Virus record (IMG/VR): IMGVR_UViG_3300037183_000082
Coordinates: 1-64,000 of that record
DNA length: 64,000 nucleotides
Strand: one strand, 5' to 3'
Origin: a virus
Taxonomy: Duplodnaviria > Caudoviricetes
Position 1 is the first letter of the stretch. Each line of letters starts with the position of its first letter. The notes under the pieces were generated by a model that was not told where the DNA came from, did no database searches, and was given only the letters and a program-made list of their open reading frames with translations. A program made the translations under genes and the position numbers. Below, piece by piece: positions 37,033 through 45,366 of this stretch.

Positions 37033-37526
37033 GTGACAAGTTGCGCGTTCGGCCGTGGACGGTGAAGCGTGAGCAAGCGCTCGCGTTTGTAGGTCAAGTT
37101 CACCGTCGCCGACCTCGCGTGCAAGGCGCGATGTGGTGCGTGTCTGTTCGATGCGGATCGGAGATTGTTGGTGTTGCACTCGTGGGCTGGCCAGCCATGG
37201 CGTGGACGGACGGTGAGATCGACACACTCTGCGTTCTGCGCGTTGCCGTCAAAGAGGGCTTCAAGAACGCGTGCTCGAAGCTCTACGGGTCGTGCTGGCG
37301 TGCCGCACGGGCGATGGGCGCAGAGAGTATGGTCACGTACACAGACCTCGACGAGCCGGGGACGTCGTTACGCGCCGCTGGCTGGGTTGAGGATGGCACG
37401 ACCGCGGGTGGTGAATGGACCAGGCCATCGCGTCGAAGGAAGGGCGCCGTAAACGCCGATCCGAAGCGCCGTTGGTGGGCGCCCGGGAGCGCGCGCATTC
37501 CGGCGCGTGTTGGGAGCAAAGCATGA
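37029..37526 (+). CDS. XF1762/Mom-like GNAT-fold protein, putative DNA modification
   Basis: FVGQVHRR, VGVALVGWP, NACSKLYG..WRAARAMG, VTYT..EPGTSLRAAGW. Confidence 0.75.
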   Translation: MSDKLRVRPWTVKREQALAFVGQVHRRRPRVQGAMWCVSVRCGSEIVGVALVGWPAMAWTDGEIDTLCVLRVAVKEGFKNACSKLYGSCWRAARAMGAESMVTYTDLDEPGTSLRAAGWVEDGTTAGGEWTRPSRRRKGAVNADPKRRWWAPGSARIPARVGSKA

Positions 37527-38059
37527 CTGCGCGAAAGCCCGTGCCCCTTCCGCCGCCGAGCGCGCACCACCCTGATGCGTGGTTGAAGCTCGCCGAGGCT
37601 GCGCCTTACTTGCGCATGACGCCCGGCGAGCTGCGCAAGAACGTGGCGAAGGGTCTGATCAAACCAGATGGTGTGGGATCACACAGCACGTGGCTTTTCA
37701 AGGTCCGAACGCTTGACCAGTTTGTGACAGACCGTCTGAAGCGCTACACCGACTCTATCCAGGAGTCGGACAGTGCGAATCAAAACGACCAAAACCCGGT
37801 TCTCGGGCGTGTACAGCGCGGACGAGCGGCCAGGGTTCTACCGAGTGTGGGGACAGACCGAGGACAAGAAAACGGGCCTGAAGCTGACGCTCGACAAGAT
37901 CATCGAAGCGCGGAGCCCGCTCGACGCGAACCGGCAGCGGACAGAGCTGCTCGCAAAGCTCGACGTGCGGGAGCAAGAGAAGACACGAAAGCGCCTGTCC
38001 GATTACGTGGAATCGTGGCTGCGTACCAAGCTGCCAAAGGTAAAGGCGTCGACCGCTAG
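37523..38059 (+). CDS. excisionase-like HTH protein
   Basis: WLKLAEAAPYLRMTPGELRK..G; sits just upstream of the integrase; the C-terminal tail overlaps int in another frame. Confidence 0.6.
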   Translation: MTARKPVPLPPPSAHHPDAWLKLAEAAPYLRMTPGELRKNVAKGLIKPDGVGSHSTWLFKVRTLDQFVTDRLKRYTDSIQESDSANQNDQNPVLGRVQRGRAARVLPSVGTDRGQENGPEADARQDHRSAEPARREPAADRAARKARRAGAREDTKAPVRLRGIVAAYQAAKGKGVDR

Positions 38060-39032
38060 CCTCTACGCGACCGTGATCGACGAGCACATCCTTCCCGTGC
38101 TCGGCGACTTCTACCTCGACGCCATCACGCGAGACGACGTGCTCGACTGGCGCGACGCGATGAGCGCAAAGCAGCTCCTCGACCCGGTGGGCCGTCCTGT
38201 GTTCAACGTAGATGGCACGCCGCGCCTTCCGCAGCCCGTCACCGTGAACGGGCGCTACCGCGTGCTCAAGACGTTGCTGCTCGATGCTGTGGTCGATGAG
38301 AAGCTCGACCGCGACCCGACCTCGCGCGTGTCCGCCATTCGCGAGAACACCGCGACGGGCGAGGACACGGACGAGGGCGGCGGCAAGAGCATCACCGCGG
38401 CCGAGCTTGCCTCGCTGCTCACCCAAGCCCAGGCCGCGACGCCGGGGTGGTACCCGTTCTTTTTCGTGCTCGCGTTCACGGGCTTGCGCTTCGGCGAGAT
38501 CACGGCGCTCAAGTGGCGCGACCTCGACGAGGACGCCGGCAAGCTCTGGGTCCGGCGCGCGCAGTGGAAGGGCATCGTCGACACGGTCAAGAACAACAAG
38601 CCGCGCACGGTGCCCCTCATGCCCGAGCTGCTCGCCGTGTTCGAGCAGCACCGGGCGGCCCAGCATGCCGCGATGACCAAGCGCCTGAAGCGACAGCGCG
38701 TGCCCGACCTCGCGTCTGCCAACCCCGGGGACTGGATCTTCCCCTCGCGGCAGCCGGGCAAGCTCCTGCACAGCACAGCTCCCAGGAAGCCCCTCGCGCT
38801 CGCTACCTCAAAGGCGGGCGTCGAGCCAGGATTTACAATTCATGGCTTCCGCCACACCTTCAACAACCTGGTCCGCCAGGTCGCCGAGCTGAACGGCCAG
38901 ACCATCGTGCTGCAGGCCATGACGGGCCATTCGAGCGACCAGATGACCGAGCACTACAGCCAGGTGGGCATCGAGGAAAAGCGCCGTGCGGTGGGCGGCC
39001 TTCTGCGCCTGGTCCAGGGCGGCGCTCCGTAA
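37773..39032 (+). CDS. int: tyrosine integrase
   Basis: TGLRFGE (R), HGFRHT (HxxR), GHSS, TEHY (Y); AGGAG RBS before GTG. Confidence 0.93.
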   Translation: MRIKTTKTRFSGVYSADERPGFYRVWGQTEDKKTGLKLTLDKIIEARSPLDANRQRTELLAKLDVREQEKTRKRLSDYVESWLRTKLPKVKASTASLYATVIDEHILPVLGDFYLDAITRDDVLDWRDAMSAKQLLDPVGRPVFNVDGTPRLPQPVTVNGRYRVLKTLLLDAVVDEKLDRDPTSRVSAIRENTATGEDTDEGGGKSITAAELASLLTQAQAATPGWYPFFFVLAFTGLRFGEITALKWRDLDEDAGKLWVRRAQWKGIVDTVKNNKPRTVPLMPELLAVFEQHRAAQHAAMTKRLKRQRVPDLASANPGDWIFPSRQPGKLLHSTAPRKPLALATSKAGVEPGFTIHGFRHTFNNLVRQVAELNGQTIVLQAMTGHSSDQMTEHYSQVGIEEKRRAVGGLLRLVQGGAP

Positions 39033-39083
39033 AGTTTGGAACGGGTTTGGAACTTGGTGCTTTCGGGGGCTCGGCTGAAAAGC

Positions 39084-39110
39084 AAAAACCCCGCTTTTGA
39101 CGGGGTTTTT
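39084..39110. terminator. bidirectional intrinsic terminator
   Basis: AAAAACCCCG-CTTTTGA-CGGGGTTTTT between int and the tRNA fragment. Confidence 0.85.
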
Positions 39111-39155
39111 TGGTCGGGGTGACGGGATTTGAACCCATGACATCTAGCTCCCAAA
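39111..39155 (-). other. attP core: 3' half of tRNA-Pro(TGG)
   Basis: Reverse complement TTTGGGA-GCTAG-ATGTC-ATGGGTTCAAATCCCGT-CACCCCG-A-CCA; no D arm or 5' anticodon stem. Confidence 0.85.
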
Positions 39156-39304
39156 TACTCCCGACGGCCCCAGAACCATTGCGAGTTTTCGAGCTAACTC
39201 CCGGGAATTTCGCGGTTCTGCTGGCCCAGTCTGCGCCGTGCTGTCCCAGGCTGTTCCAAGCGTTTCCGGTCAGAAGTTTGGAACTTTTTTGGAACGTCCA
39301 AGGG

Positions 39305-39496
39305 TCACGGCCTGTCGCCAGTGAGGTCGGGTTGGTACCGTGAGACGCCGCTCTTTGCGACCACGCCGACACGCCGCTTGAGGCCCATCTTCCGGGTGAG
39401 GAATCGAACGCGCACCGTCCTGTCGTTGACCGAGTCGAGGATCTCCACGGGGATCGCATTCACGCCTCGGTAAATCCAACCTTTGACCATTGTCAT
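39305..39496 (-). CDS. small basic hypothetical protein
   Basis: Coupled minus-strand operon. Confidence 0.5.
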   Translation of the reverse strand: MTMVKGWIYRGVNAIPVEILDSVNDRTVRVRFLTRKMGLKRRVGVVAKSGVSRYQPDLTGDRP

Positions 39497-39687
39497 TGCA
39501 CCTTTCTGTTGCGTTCCTGCTCGGCGACGATGTGCTGGCTACGTCCTGTGTCCTTGGCGATCTGCTCCCAGGTCGCGCAGCGGTCCTTGCACAGCCAGAT
39601 GCGGCGCATGCCGTACTCGTCGCAGCTTTCGATCAGCTCGCCGATGGAGGCCCCGCACTTGTCGCAGCGCTTGGTGGTGCGCGTCAT
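39493..39687 (-). CDS. small zinc-finger protein
   Basis: CDKC...CKDRC. Confidence 0.55.
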   Translation of the reverse strand: MTRTTKRCDKCGASIGELIESCDEYGMRRIWLCKDRCATWEQIAKDTGRSQHIVAEQERNRKVQ

Positions 39688-39890
39688 CGAGACAGCGATA
39701 GCGCAGGTCGCTGCGTCTTGGGAAGGGCAATGCCGCACCAAGGGCAGTACGCGATCAAGCGTTTCGTGCCGCCCATCTCCACCTGCCACGCCCAGTTGCC
39801 GGCGAAAGCTGTGACACGCAGGTGCGTGGTTGCACCGGGGCAGCACGTGTGGGGGGCGGGCTTCGCAAGCGGGTTGGCGCGGGTCCTCAT
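39684..39890 (-). CDS. small Cys-containing hypothetical protein
   Basis: ATGA-coupled at both ends. Confidence 0.5.
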   Translation of the reverse strand: MRTRANPLAKPAPHTCCPGATTHLRVTAFAGNWAWQVEMGGTKRLIAYCPWCGIALPKTQRPALSLSR

Positions 39891-40099
39891 GCGTTGCCTG
39901 TGTGGCAGACGTTGAAAACGCTGGTTGGCGTCACGACCGCAGTGGTACCCGGGCTGAGGGTCTCGCCCAGCCTGTGTTTGTGCTCGGTCCATGCGTGCGT
40001 GATGCTCGGCATGCCTTTCATGTCCGCGAGCGCGACCAGCTCCTCGTAGGAGATGACGCGGCCCGCTTCGCACGAAACCTCTTTGCCGTTGATGCGCAC
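39887..40099 (-). CDS. ubiquitin-like (multiubiquitin-family) single-domain protein
   Basis: VRINGKE..ISYEELVALA..LSPG..VV...VFNV..TGNA matches the Multi_ubiq pattern by eye. Confidence 0.6.
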   Translation of the reverse strand: MRINGKEVSCEAGRVISYEELVALADMKGMPSITHAWTEHKHRLGETLSPGTTAVVTPTSVFNVCHTGNA

Positions 40100-40104
40100 T
40101 GGCT

Positions 40105-40236
40105 CGGGCCCCTCGCCCCCATTAGACCGAGGGCACCTGGCAGCCGGGCGCACCGTCGGGGGTGGGGGAAGGGATTCCCGCCGACCACTTGGTGTTGCAA
40201 ACAAAAGCCTAGGCCCGAAGGGCCCGGCCCGTCAAG
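40105..40236 (-). repeat. copy A of the promoter plus conserved leader element
   Basis: TTGACG-18 nt containing GGCCCTTCGGGCC-TAGGCT, then CAAC...CCCCCACCCCCGAC...GGTCTA...GGGGCCC. Confidence 0.75.
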
Positions 40237-40266
40237 GCTGCCCAGGTCTCGTGTTACTATTGGAGG

Positions 40267-40536
40267 ATGTCGAACCCGCGCACGTTGAACTTTCGGATCG
40301 ATGACGAGCTGTACCAACAGCTGTCGGATGCCGTTGCCGAGCACGGGGGCTCGCAGTCGCTCGTGGCACGGCAGCTCTTGCGGGCGGCGCTGAACACACC
40401 CAAGACGCGCGCTGTCGCAGCCGAGCTTACCTTTGCGACGGTCGCCGCACAGAAGCGCGCGCTCAACCGCGTCACCGAGATCGTGCAAGCGTACTTGCCC
40501 AAGCTGATCGCCGAGGAAACTTCTGGAATGGGTTAG
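40267..40536 (+). CDS. ribbon-helix-helix transcription regulator
   Basis: TLNFRIDDELYQQL....G.SQSLVARQLL; TGT-TACTAT promoter and GGAGG RBS. Confidence 0.75.
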   Translation: MSNPRTLNFRIDDELYQQLSDAVAEHGGSQSLVARQLLRAALNTPKTRAVAAELTFATVAAQKRALNRVTEIVQAYLPKLIAEETSGMG

Positions 40537-40537
40537 G

Positions 40538-40897
40538 ATGGATCGTATGTCCCAGGCCGCCGTCCAGAGCCCGCCCCGCACTTTGCGCGTCAGCCCGAGC
40601 ACGACTCTCGTGCCCGCCGCCGGTGCGCCGCGGATGGTCTCTCGGAGCCCGGGACAACCCCTTCCTGCGCCGGCTTCCTTCAAAGGGATGCCGAGCGCTC
40701 CGTACCAGCTCGTGCAGGGCGTTCCCGGATCGTGGCGCGGCATTGTGCAAGCAACGTTGCTGCGCGGTGTGCTGATCGGGGGCGGCCTTTACATCGCGGG
40801 CGTGCGTTCGCCGACGCAACTCGGGCTCGGGGCGCTGGCGGCGAGCGGCACCCTCTCACTCCTTCAGGTGGCAAGTCATGCAGCAAGGGCTCGGTAA
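40538..40897 (+). CDS. membrane protein
   Basis: LLRGVLIGGGLYIAGVRSPTQL-LGALAAS; paralogous segment in the next gene. Confidence 0.6.
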   Translation: MDRMSQAAVQSPPRTLRVSPSTTLVPAAGAPRMVSRSPGQPLPAPASFKGMPSAPYQLVQGVPGSWRGIVQATLLRGVLIGGGLYIAGVRSPTQLGLGALAASGTLSLLQVASHAARAR

Positions 40898-41291
40898 CGT
40901 CGTTCCGCTCGGTGCAGATGCTGCCGCGAACATCCCGGAGGGCTCGCCGCCGACGAGTTACGCCGCCTACGCGGTTGTGACGGGCGAGCGTGGTGCGTTG
41001 TTACGCTTCGCCGGCTTCACGCTTCTGCGCAGCCTGATCATCGCGCCCGGCGTGGCGCTCGCGGGCGTGCGCGGACGGCAGCTCGTGTGGGGCAGTCTCG
41101 CGGCGTCGGGCGTGATCAGCGCAGCTGCGCTCGGGTATGCCTACGCGAGTCGGAAGATGGCTCAGCCCAGCTCGGCGGACGTGTTGCAGCCGCTTCCGAA
41201 TCCGCCGCCGCCCACGCCTGTCGACACGACTGGTGAGACGGTGTCGCAGCAACCTGCGGCCTCGACTCCGGGCGTCCAGGGCGCTTGGTAG
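40878..41291 (+). CDS. membrane protein, paralog of 40538..40897
   Basis: LLRSLIIAPGVALAGVRGRQL-WGSLAAS. Confidence 0.6.
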   Translation: MQQGLGNVVPLGADAAANIPEGSPPTSYAAYAVVTGERGALLRFAGFTLLRSLIIAPGVALAGVRGRQLVWGSLAASGVISAAALGYAYASRKMAQPSSADVLQPLPNPPPPTPVDTTGETVSQQPAASTPGVQGAW

Positions 41292-41292
41292 C

Positions 41293-41526
41293 GTGGAGCA
41301 CCTGCTCGACCAGCTGGCGTCGACAGGGCCGCTCGGGGTCGTGGCAGTCCTTGCGATCTGGACCTGTGGGCAGCTCTACCGGCAGCTGATCGCGTGCCAA
41401 GAAAAGCGCGTCACCGATATCGAGCGCGTCGTGACTGTGGTGCACACTCTCACCGAGGGTTTGAATCAGAACACCGAGGTGATGCGTGACACGCTCAAAG
41501 AGCTGCGGGACCGCAGCCGGGGGTAG
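41293..41526 (+). CDS. holin-like small membrane protein
   Basis: Single TM (GPLGVVAVLAIW) followed by a coiled-coil tail. Confidence 0.55.
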   Translation: MEHLLDQLASTGPLGVVAVLAIWTCGQLYRQLIACQEKRVTDIERVVTVVHTLTEGLNQNTEVMRDTLKELRDRSRG

Positions 41527-41528
41527 TC

Positions 41529-41741
41529 ATGACCGAGCGCCCACCGCCGCCGCCCGAGAAGGAAAAGACGTCGCTGTGGCCGCTGCGCTTGCGCAAGGGC
41601 AGCTCGACGCACCCCGCTGTCGAAGCCGAGGCCAAGCTGGAGGAAGCGCTCGCGGCGCTCAAAGCGGCCAAGGACGAAAACGATGCGATGTACCGCGAGT
41701 TTTTCAGCGACGATGACGACTCCGGGGAGGGCACCGCATGA
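41529..41741 (+). CDS. small hypothetical protein
   Basis: Coupled ORF. Confidence 0.5.
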   Translation: MTERPPPPPEKEKTSLWPLRLRKGSSTHPAVEAEAKLEEALAALKAAKDENDAMYREFFSDDDDSGEGTA

Positions 41742-41908
41742 GCACGCTCGCGTTCGTGCGTCTCGTGCTGCCGGCGCTGTTCAGTCTCGCGGAAGATCTG
41801 TTCGCGCTCACCGAGGGTGACGCCACCGCAGCTGTGCTGGAGATCGAGGACTACCGAGCGCAGATCGCCACGCGTGTCGCGGCTCGAAGGAAGCCTCCAC
41901 CCCCGTGA
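41738..41908 (+). CDS. small hypothetical protein (56 aa, not in the ORF track)
   Basis: ATGA-coupled with a GGAGG RBS: MSTLAFVRLVLPALFSLAEDL... Confidence 0.5.
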   Translation: MSTLAFVRLVLPALFSLAEDLFALTEGDATAAVLEIEDYRAQIATRVAARRKPPPP

Positions 41909-41920
41909 TACGATTTTTCC

Positions 41921-42436
41921 ATGGCCAACATCGACCCCAAAACCGTCTCCGACGCCGCCATCGAGACGTGGCGCCAAACCGCTCCCGGTGGCCCGGGGTA
42001 TGACTCGGCGCGCAAGTGCTACTGCTGGGGCTTCCGGCCCGCGTACAAGGCCCAGCCGATTCAGATCATCGGTCTCGGCGCGCTTGGTGGCGACAAGTGG
42101 GGCTTTCTCGCCACGCAATGGTCGATCTGTCCTGACAACACAGGGGCGTGCGCGTGCGCAGCGCCGCCACCCCCACCCAAGTGCCCGACCTGCCCCAAGT
42201 GCCCCAAGTGCGCAGCGCCGCAGCCCGCGGTGCACTGCAAGACGTGCCCGGTCTGCGCAGCGCCGCAGCCTCCGCCGGCCCAGGCTGCGCCGCCCATGCT
42301 CGCACCCACGCCAGTCGCAGCGCCCCCCTCGAAGTGGGGCGTCACCATCGGTTGGCTCGTCGGCGCCGCGGTGGTTGGTGGCGGCGGGTACTTCATGTAC
42401 AAAAAGGGCGCCTTCGGGAAAGGCAAGCGGCGATGA
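41921..42436 (+). CDS. Cys/Pro-rich tail-anchored virion protein
   Basis: IIGLG motif, CPxCPxC repeats, C-terminal TM plus basic tail; leaderless promoter. Confidence 0.7.
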   Translation: MANIDPKTVSDAAIETWRQTAPGGPGYDSARKCYCWGFRPAYKAQPIQIIGLGALGGDKWGFLATQWSICPDNTGACACAAPPPPPKCPTCPKCPKCAAPQPAVHCKTCPVCAAPQPPPAQAAPPMLAPTPVAAPPSKWGVTIGWLVGAAVVGGGGYFMYKKGAFGKGKRR

Positions 42437-42651
42437 AACGCAAAAAACTCTGCCCTCACGGGGTGTCGAAGAAGACGGGTCGCTGTCTCAAACACAAGCG
42501 ACGCGCGCCGGTGAAGCGTACACCTGTGCGACGCAGCTCGGGCTCGGGCTCGGGCTCGGGCTCGTTCATGACAACAGATCCAGATGTGATCGCGGCGTTG
42601 CAGAGCGCGGGCTGCAGCTACAATCGTGTCACGGGCATGTGGAAGTGCTGA
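42433..42651 (+). CDS. small basic Cys-containing protein
   Basis: CPHGVSKKTGRCLKH, nearly identical to a motif in 54635..54883. Confidence 0.6.
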   Translation: MKRKKLCPHGVSKKTGRCLKHKRRAPVKRTPVRRSSGSGSGSGSFMTTDPDVIAALQSAGCSYNRVTGMWKC

Positions 42652-42830
42652 AAACACGCGACAAGCGCACAGGGCAGTACGCGCACAACAAGATGGAAGT
42701 GCTCTGCGTGTGTGGCCATCCGCTCGCGGTTCATGCAGCCGAAGTGGTCGGCGGCGCGCGCCCATGTTTCTCGGGCGATTTCACGGAAGAGGGGCACTGC
42801 GAGTGCGAGCGCTTCCGAAAGAAGCGCTGA
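42645..42830 (+). CDS. small Cys/His protein
   Basis: CVCGH...H...C...CECERF. Confidence 0.5.
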   Translation: MLKTRDKRTGQYAHNKMEVLCVCGHPLAVHAAEVVGGARPCFSGDFTEEGHCECERFRKKR

Positions 42831-43385
42831 TCACTTCGAGGGCTTGGCGTTCGGGATTCGCGTCTGGTGCAGCTTGAGCTTGGTCTCGTGCACGGCGCCG
42901 ACACCGAACAGCCGGTTGGGCGTGCCGCCCCGGCGCACAGTCCGTGCGACCCACCAAAAGCCGACGCCGATCGCGATCGTTCCTAGCCCCAGCAGACCCC
43001 AGAGCCACTTGCTTGACGTGCTCGTGTTCTCCCAGGTCGTGCCGAGACCTCGGAGCCCCGAGAACTTCTGGCCGTTGATTGAGCCGTAGTCGCCGGTGAG
43101 TGCGAAGACCCCCCGGCGCCAGGTCTGGAGCTGTTTGGCCAGGCCCTGCAGCGCAAAGGGGTTCGACTCGGCGGCCTCGATGTTCAGGTCGAGCTGGGCG
43201 CCCATGTTCTGCAGGCGCTGTTTGCCTGCAGCTTGCTCGTCACTCGTCGGGACGAACGCGGCCAGGCGCTGCAAGCCATCCGTAAAGGCTGCGCGCAGGG
43301 TGGCTGCGTCGTTGGGCAGAAGCTCGTTTGGCGCTGCCGCAGACGCGGGGAAGGTCTCGCTCGTGTTGCTGCGGTAGTCCGGCAT
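42831..43385 (-). CDS. membrane-anchored virion protein
   Basis: LRGLG motif, then TM plus basic tail. Confidence 0.65.
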   Translation of the reverse strand: MPDYRSNTSETFPASAAAPNELLPNDAATLRAAFTDGLQRLAAFVPTSDEQAAGKQRLQNMGAQLDLNIEAAESNPFALQGLAKQLQTWRRGVFALTGDYGSINGQKFSGLRGLGTTWENTSTSSKWLWGLLGLGTIAIGVGFWWVARTVRRGGTPNRLFGVGAVHETKLKLHQTRIPNAKPSK

Positions 43386-43398
43386 GCCACCCAGTCTA

Positions 43399-43941
43399 CT
43401 ACGCGACCAGGCGGTTTCGCTCGGCGATGGTCGAGCCCCGAAATGCTTGCTCTAGGCGCACGGGAACAGCCTGGGCGTGGGCCCAATCGTCCTTGTTCGA
43501 GAAGGTGTGCCCGGAGGTGAGCCCCTCCGCTTCGACCGCAGCGATGAGGTCGCGCTTGAATGCAGCGCTCGCGTTCCAAAGGAGCTTGCGATCGACGATA
43601 TCGACGGCGCCGCCGTACTCGTGCATGGAGTCGGAAACACCCGTACCGACCTGCACGAGGTGCGCCACACGCACAGGGCTGCGATACGCCTCGAACACGA
43701 CTGCGTCATGCCCTCGCGCGCGCATGTACTGCATGACGCGTTCGATCTTGTCTGCGAACGCGGGCAAGACACCTGACGGATCGCGGTAGATGCGATCGCC
43801 CCACTGATCGAGGCCGGGCGGCCGACCCCACGTCCAACGCGGTCCAGCTGCTTTGCGCCATAGCCACGTAGCAAGGGTCACAACCCCCACCATCCCTGCG
43901 ATTGACCCGGCCCACAGCCAGCCGCTACGACGCGTCACCAT
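43399..43941 (-). CDS. M15-family peptidase endolysin with N-terminal TM
   Basis: EAYRS, SMHEYGGAVDI, DWAH Zn-peptidase motifs. Confidence 0.8.
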   Translation of the reverse strand: MVTRRSGWLWAGSIAGMVGVVTLATWLWRKAAGPRWTWGRPPGLDQWGDRIYRDPSGVLPAFADKIERVMQYMRARGHDAVVFEAYRSPVRVAHLVQVGTGVSDSMHEYGGAVDIVDRKLLWNASAAFKRDLIAAVEAEGLTSGHTFSNKDDWAHAQAVPVRLEQAFRGSTIAERNRLVA

Positions 43942-44674
43942 GCTCCGAGGATACATGGCCGTCAGTGGTATTCTGATGTCAATGGTGAGTCAGGCCGCCG
44001 TCGACTTTCAGCCCGCGCAGATCACGACTGCGGACGGTGCGACAGCCTATGCGCTCACGCCCGCGGATGTCTTGCTCGCAGCGCGCGCGGTCTCCTACGA
44101 GTCTAAAAAGGCGACCGATCCGGCAAAAGTCCTCTGGACGCTCACGCAGCGCTGGGTGCGCTGGCAGTGCATCGGCAAGCCCATGAGCTTCAAGGCTTCG
44201 ACCGAGGGCTTTTCGCAGCCGATCAATCCTGCGTGGCGCGCAGGCGGCGCGAAATGCCAGCAGTACCCGGCCGACTGCAGCGCGGCGGCGCTCGCACGAC
44301 GTGAGGCTGCCGCCGTAGCGACCTGGGACGATCTGCTCGCGCGCGACGATGCTGAGGGTCTCAACGCGGTCGCAGCGACCCGTCTTTGGGCGCAAGCACG
44401 CTTGCCGAACCCTGTGCCAACAGTGACCAACTTCGCCGTGGCCTCGGTCGCCGCCAATTACCTTTCTGCGAATCCGGCGAGCCGACTCTACGAGAAGGAC
44501 GAAGACGGGCACTGGTACATCATCGACCCGCCTGCGACGCGCTGGCCGCTCAATTTTGTGACGATGGTGTCGCCGACAGGCGCGCGCGCAGGCCCCCTCG
44601 AAGGTCCTCGCACGATGCTGCGGCACGCGGCCGATTCGTTCTGGGACGCGTTCAGTTTTCGATCCTATTGGTAA
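43940..44674 (+). CDS. SleB-like cell wall hydrolase (tentative)
   Basis: LLAARAVSYES..VLWTLTQRW..FSQPIN resembles the Hydrolase_2 catalytic Glu region; start uncertain. Confidence 0.5.
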   Translation: MLRGYMAVSGILMSMVSQAAVDFQPAQITTADGATAYALTPADVLLAARAVSYESKKATDPAKVLWTLTQRWVRWQCIGKPMSFKASTEGFSQPINPAWRAGGAKCQQYPADCSAAALARREAAAVATWDDLLARDDAEGLNAVAATRLWAQARLPNPVPTVTNFAVASVAANYLSANPASRLYEKDEDGHWYIIDPPATRWPLNFVTMVSPTGARAGPLEGPRTMLRHAADSFWDAFSFRSYW

Positions 44675-44687
44675 AGGGGCCTGACGA

Positions 44688-45347
44688 ATGAAAAAGCTCA
44701 CGGCAAAGCAGAAGCTTGCGCTCAAGCGTGTAGGGTGGGGCGCCTTCGCCGTCGGCACCGTCATGGCGGCGCGCGAGCTGTACCTCGCGCTCGGCCCGTG
44801 GCGGGATCAGCGTCGCGCGACCTTCGAGCAGGCCGCCGCACGTGCTTCCGCAACGCACAAGCAACTGATCGTGCTCGGGGACCCCGAGGGCACGCTCAGC
44901 TCTCGCATTCTGGGCCGATCGTGGCAGTGCGGCGCCATCTGCATCGACCCCAAGGGCTGCAGCCAGTGCGGCGGCCCGAGCGAGCATTCGATTCAGGGCC
45001 AGCCGCTCGATGTTTTGCGCACGATGGGCACAGGGAGCGCGGTCATCTACGACTCGGGTTTGTTCGCCAAGGCGGACGATCCCCAGGCACTCGCTGCCGA
45101 GATGGTGCGCGTGTCTGGCGGCGACATCTACATGTTCGACGTCAACAGGTTCTCGCTCACCTCCGTGTTCGAGCCCGGCCGACGCCGCATCATGCAGGCT
45201 TTGCCGCCGACCGATCCGCAGATCGCCTGGAAGCCCTTGTGGTGGCAGAAAGACCCGGGCGCCCACAGCGAGGCGCTGAAAGGTCTCGGAAGGGGCACCC
45301 GCGGTGCGCAGGGTCTCGGCACGGTGATCTGGGAATACTACGAGTAA
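44688..45347 (+). CDS. hypothetical membrane-anchored protein
   Basis: N-terminal hydrophobic helix, Cys cluster, two xGLG motifs near the C-terminus. Confidence 0.65.
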   Translation: MKKLTAKQKLALKRVGWGAFAVGTVMAARELYLALGPWRDQRRATFEQAAARASATHKQLIVLGDPEGTLSSRILGRSWQCGAICIDPKGCSQCGGPSEHSIQGQPLDVLRTMGTGSAVIYDSGLFAKADDPQALAAEMVRVSGGDIYMFDVNRFSLTSVFEPGRRRIMQALPPTDPQIAWKPLWWQKDPGAHSEALKGLGRGTRGAQGLGTVIWEYYE

Positions 45348-45366
45348 CTCCCCGATCCCGCAGGGA

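Noticed and set aside
39111-39190. Complete tRNA-Pro gene
   Set aside because: Upstream of the anticodon loop there is no pairing 5' anticodon stem or D arm, so only the 3' half is present.
37755-39459. ORFs 37755..38771(-), 38447..39100(+) and 38860..39459(-)
   Set aside because: They are alternative frames over the integrase and attP; the apparent peptide matches derive from the tRNA fragment.
42537-42566. (GGGCTC)n microsatellite as a phase-variation or guide element
   Set aside because: It is in frame and encodes a Ser-Gly linker; the unit length is a multiple of 3.
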